DNA of 64,000 nucleotides from Pseudomonadota bacterium (GTDB lineage Bacteria; Desulfobacterota; Desulfobulbia; Desulfobulbales; JAGXFP01): NCBI GenBank assembly GCA_018823285.1, contig JAHJIQ010000063.1, positions 399 to 64,398 of the forward strand, read 5' to 3'. Shown piece by piece: positions 61,294 to 64,000 of this stretch (position 1 is its first letter; each line of letters starts with the position of its first letter). The notes under the pieces were generated by a model. It saw only the letters and a program-made list of their open reading frames with translations, ran no database searches and was not told where the DNA came from. The position numbers and the translations under genes were made by a program.

Positions 61294-61389
61294 AGTGAAA
61301 AATGCAGAATGAAGAATGAAAAATGGGTGGATAAAGGGGCCAATCGATAGTAAAGATTTTTTCTGAATCCTGGCTCCTGGCTCCTGAAC
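61294..61389. repeat. Heptamer repeat tract after hslU (mismatched arms)
   Basis: AGTGAAA AATGCAG AATGAAG AATGAAA, then TTCTGAA TCCTGGC TCCTGGC TCCTGAA. Confidence 0.65.
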
Positions 61390-61409
61390 ACTTTATCCGT
61401 GAGTTGAAA

Positions 61410-61919
61410 ATGTACGAACACGATCTGAAATACTGCCCTGACTGTAACGATGAGTATCGGGCCGAAATCGAGAAATGCGGGATGTGCGGTGGTCCTCTTT
61501 TCACCGGGCTTGAGATGGAAGCGCGAAGCGCTGCCCGGAAGAAAAGGATGGCCGGGCCGGTTGCCGAACTGAGTATCGATGAGGAGCTGGTGGTGATCCG
61601 GCGGGGGAAACTTGCCGAGATCAAGGTCTTTGAAAAGCTCCTTGCCGAGCAGCATATCGGCACCCTTCTGGCCGGGGATGAGAATTCCTGCGGCAAGGGG
61701 TGTTGCGGCGGGAATTTCGACCTGGTGGTCAGAAGGGAAGACGCGGAAGAGGCGTCGCACCTGATCGACGAGGAGATCAGGCGCACCGCAATCGGTGCTG
61801 ACGGCAACTCCCATGGTGACGCGGTCTTCAACCCGGAAGTCGCCGAATCAACCTGCCCGGCCTGCGGCCATGTTTTCAAAACCGCGCCGGAATGCCCGGA
61901 TTGCGGCCTTTGTTTTTAG
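61410..61919 (+). CDS. Cys-rich protein: N- and C-terminal zinc ribbons around a DUF2007-like domain
   Basis: CPDC...CGMC, central SCGKGCCG, and CPAC...CPDC. Confidence 0.8.
   Translation: MYEHDLKYCPDCNDEYRAEIEKCGMCGGPLFTGLEMEARSAARKKRMAGPVAELSIDEELVVIRRGKLAEIKVFEKLLAEQHIGTLLAGDENSCGKGCCGGNFDLVVRREDAEEASHLIDEEIRRTAIGADGNSHGDAVFNPEVAESTCPACGHVFKTAPECPDCGLCF
61858..61919 (+). repeat. att-like direct repeat 1 (3' end of the zinc-ribbon gene)
   Basis: 55/62 identical to 62850-62911. Confidence 0.85.
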
Positions 61920-61920
61920 C

Positions 61921-62153
61921 TCAACTTTCTGAGTTATGTTAATCTCCCGATAATAAAGGGGTTTTGGCGATTTTTGCGTTCCTGTTTTCCACAACAAGGC
62001 AGAAGCCAGGAGTCAGAAGCCAGGAGAAAAGCTGAAAAATCAGTCATTCTGGCTCCTGGCTTCTGGATTCTGGCTTCTAATCATGGAATGCCGCCATGGC
62101 TTGTGATTGTTTTATGACAGCAAACCAATATCTTAGGCAAGTCAGAAAGTTGA
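61921..62153 (+). mobile_element. MITE-like element, copy C (233 bp)
   Basis: 12-bp perfect TIR TCAACTTTCTGA/TCAGAAAGTTGA, flanked by GTTTTTAGC and GTTTTTAGT (8/9). Confidence 0.9.
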
Positions 62154-62204
62154 GTTTTTAGTATCGACGGAACTTTTAGACGGCGTTGGCGGATGACAGA
62201 AATA

Positions 62205-62585
62205 CTACTCAAAAATTCTGATTTTGATGACGTCCTTTAACAACCTGAAGTGATTGTCGAGGGAGTATATTTCACACTTATTCTGTTTCGCATTCTGGGC
62301 TATGATCAGGTCCGGGATGCCGACTCCGTTCAAGCTTTTCTTAAGACATTTTACCTGAAAATCAATTAATTGCGGCCAGTCAATTTTGAGGGTTGTGTTG
62401 CTGATATTGTTCAGCAAATCAATTACTTGACGTTGATTCCTGCGTTTCAGAAAAGGGACAAGTTCTGCCAGGATCAGGTCGTTGATGACGACAAGATTCT
62501 CATCGATCAGAAAATCAAGTTTCCCTGAGCTGCTGCCGTCCCGGAAATACTCTACCCAGACAGAGGTGTCGACTAGAACCGGCAT
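62205..62585 (-). CDS. vapC: PIN-domain toxin
   Basis: VLVDTSVW, ILAEL, DLIIA and YSLDNHF acidic PIN motifs. Confidence 0.92.
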   Translation of the reverse strand: MPVLVDTSVWVEYFRDGSSSGKLDFLIDENLVVINDLILAELVPFLKRRNQRQVIDLLNNISNTTLKIDWPQLIDFQVKCLKKSLNGVGIPDLIIAQNAKQNKCEIYSLDNHFRLLKDVIKIRIFE

Positions 62586-62776
62586 TTTCGGCCACGAACG
62601 GCATCAAGATCAATATCCAAATCAATCTTTCCTTTAAACTCTTTCAAACCGGAAATTTTTGATTTTCTGATCAGTTCTTCAAGGGCTGTGATAATGACTG
62701 CAGTTTTGGTCTGAATGTGAGTAGCCTGCATTGCCTGGTTCAGCAGGTTTTCCGGTAAATCAAGTGTTGTTCTCAT
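62573..62776 (-). CDS. vapB: VapB antitoxin (DUF2191-like)
   Basis: MRTTLDLPENLL...KTAVI..ALEELI; overlaps the vapC start. Confidence 0.9.
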   Translation of the reverse strand: MRTTLDLPENLLNQAMQATHIQTKTAVIITALEELIRKSKISGLKEFKGKIDLDIDLDAVRGRKCRF

Positions 62777-62791
62777 TTTGCACTCCTGTTG

Positions 62792-62827
62792 TGTTTATGC
62801 ATTAAAATATCATTTTGTGCATAAACA
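62792..62827. promoter_or_regulatory. vapBC operator palindrome overlapping the promoter
   Basis: Perfect TGTTTATGCA-N16-TGCATAAACA. The minus strand has TTGCCT-N17-TATTTT with a TG extension. Confidence 0.75.
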
Positions 62828-62849
62828 GGCAAGTCCAAAATGTGACCCT

Positions 62850-62911
62850 CGGCCTGCGGCCATGTCTTCAAAACCGCGCCCGAGTGCCCGGATTGCGGTC
62901 TCTGCTTTTAA
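62850..62911 (+). repeat. att-like direct repeat 2 (displaced 3' gene fragment)
   Basis: Encodes ACGHVFKTAPECPDCGLCF*, identical in protein to the gene end at 61858-61919. Confidence 0.85.
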
Positions 62912-63389
62912 CAGCCGCCGGCATTGAAGCTCCCCACGGCAGAAAGCGAACAGCGGGGGCCTTCGAGCTGCGGGGATTGCGTTTCGCTGCGCATGTTCAA
63001 GTCGCGGTTGTCTTTGGCAGCGGTACTATTCAATTGCGGCCTGTCAATTTTCTTGGTCGTATCATTTTGTGCATATACGGGCAAACCCAAAATAAGGTCG
63101 CGGGAGTTTGTTGATACCTGTGGACTGCCCCTGTGATCCCGGATTGTGAATTTTTTAAACATTTTCCAGGAGTTTATCATAAAAGAAATATCGGCCAGTC
63201 ACGCCGGATGCCTGCCTTTTTCATGGTTCTGTCGATTGTGTAGGAACTCCCCTACAAAACTATCCGAATTTCCCTACAGACTTTTTCCGTAACGTATAGT
63301 ATGTGTAAATTGCTGAAAATAAAATAACTCATAATTGCATCAAATGACGTTGTGGTTTCTTTATCTTACCGGGAGGGGGTTTCGTGACA

Positions 63390-64000
63390 ATGAGAGCTTT
63401 TTTCACTCGTGGATTGTTTTTGGTCGTCGTCTTGTCTGTTTTTTGTCTTATACCCGTATGTGGTCATGCTGCCACCGAGTCTTTTGAGGGTGGAACCTTT
63501 CCTGCCGAATGGACAACTTCTGGAGATGTAAACTGGGCTGTAACGACCTCAAAAGCAAATGATGGCCTGTTTGCAGCTCAATCTATAACGTCAATTTCGG
63601 ATGATCAGACATCAACTCTTCAATTCAATGTGAATACAGGTTTTGGGAGCATTACTTTTGACTACTCTGTCAGTTCAGAACTGGATTTTGACTTTCTGAA
63701 ATTCTATATTGATGATGTTCTTCAGGATCAGTGGTCTGGAGAGATTGTTTGGACAAATACCTCATTTCCTGTCACAGCAGGAGCACATACCTTCAAGTGG
63801 GTCTACGTCAAAAATTCATCTAACACTAATGGAATTGATACTGCATGGATTGATTCGGTAACAATACCGCTTGATTCTGATGGAGATGGAATACCTGATA
63901 CTCTCGATTCATGTCCAGGTTTTGATGACAACATTGACCTTGATATGGATGGATTACCCGATGGATGCGATTCCTTGATGTATCAGACTAAAATAGTTGC
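63390..64000 (+). CDS. Secreted adhesin-like protein (beta-sandwich plus thrombospondin type-3-like Ca-binding repeats), 3'-truncated by the window edge
   Basis: GGAGGGGG RBS; MRAFFTRGLFLVVVLSVFCLIPVCGHA signal peptide; ESFEGGTFPAEW...FDYSVSSE...FYIDD...HTFKWVY...WIDSV; DSDGDGIPDTLDSC and DMDGLPDGCD. Absent from the track because it has no stop in the window. Confidence 0.85.
   Translation, partial: MRAFFTRGLFLVVVLSVFCLIPVCGHAATESFEGGTFPAEWTTSGDVNWAVTTSKANDGLFAAQSITSISDDQTSTLQFNVNTGFGSITFDYSVSSELDFDFLKFYIDDVLQDQWSGEIVWTNTSFPVTAGAHTFKWVYVKNSSNTNGIDTAWIDSVTIPLDSDGDGIPDTLDSCPGFDDNIDLDMDGLPDGCDSLMYQTKIV

Noticed and set aside
27880-61879. Long antisense or overlapping ORFs (for example 27880-28860, 30743-31567, 34239-34946, 54758-55957, 56421-57191, 61181-61879)
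   Set aside because: They are shadows of well-supported genes on the opposite strand in GC-rich sequence, with no recognisable motifs.
62815-63180. Track ORFs 62815-63114, 62908-63180 and 62924-63136 as genes
   Set aside because: No motifs or convincing RBS. They overlap the att repeat, the duplicated promoter segment and a hairpin-rich tract.

Overview
A mostly core-chromosome window from a Desulfobacterota bacterium. Desulfobulbales is likely, inferred from gene content and order, not from a marker gene. 1-15.4 kb: a surface-glycosylation locus downstream of a sigma54-type type IV pilin gene, next to tRNA-Gln(CTG). It encodes a TMTC-like GT-C/TPR protein, GT2, DUF354, AsnB, a methyltransferase, two radical SAM enzymes, an NTP transferase, an SDR epimerase and GT4. 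15.5-35 kb: housekeeping genes (memo, cysS, serA, ispE-tRNA-Gln-prs-rplY-pth, carD, rluD, coaE, rtcB, hemerythrin, valS, dgt, ABC-F). 36-44 kb: ppsR and a signalling operon (solo binding protein, two kinases, Rcp1-like regulator, REC-GGDEF-EAL). 44.7-61.9 kb: coaBC, tatD, yggS, FHA-adenylate cyclase, glgP, pal, skp, dxs-ispA-xseB and xerC-hslVU. 62-64 kb: vapBC and the start of a secreted adhesin-like gene. Main signals the ORF track misses: (1) a 71-aa CxxU selenoprotein with a SECIS hairpin (49851-50066, minus); (2) three copies of a ~233-bp MITE with target duplications and copy-specific co-varying ends, all between convergent genes; (3) a 62-bp duplicate of a gene 3' end that differs only at synonymous sites and brackets vapBC, like the att pair of a minimal integrative element; (4) a sigma54 promoter with two TGAC-N7-GTCA enhancer sites ahead of an aromatic-rich pilin; (5) heptamer-repeat hairpins in successive spacers. 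No CRISPR array, rRNA or transposase was seen. All family assignments come from motif recognition by eye, not database searches.
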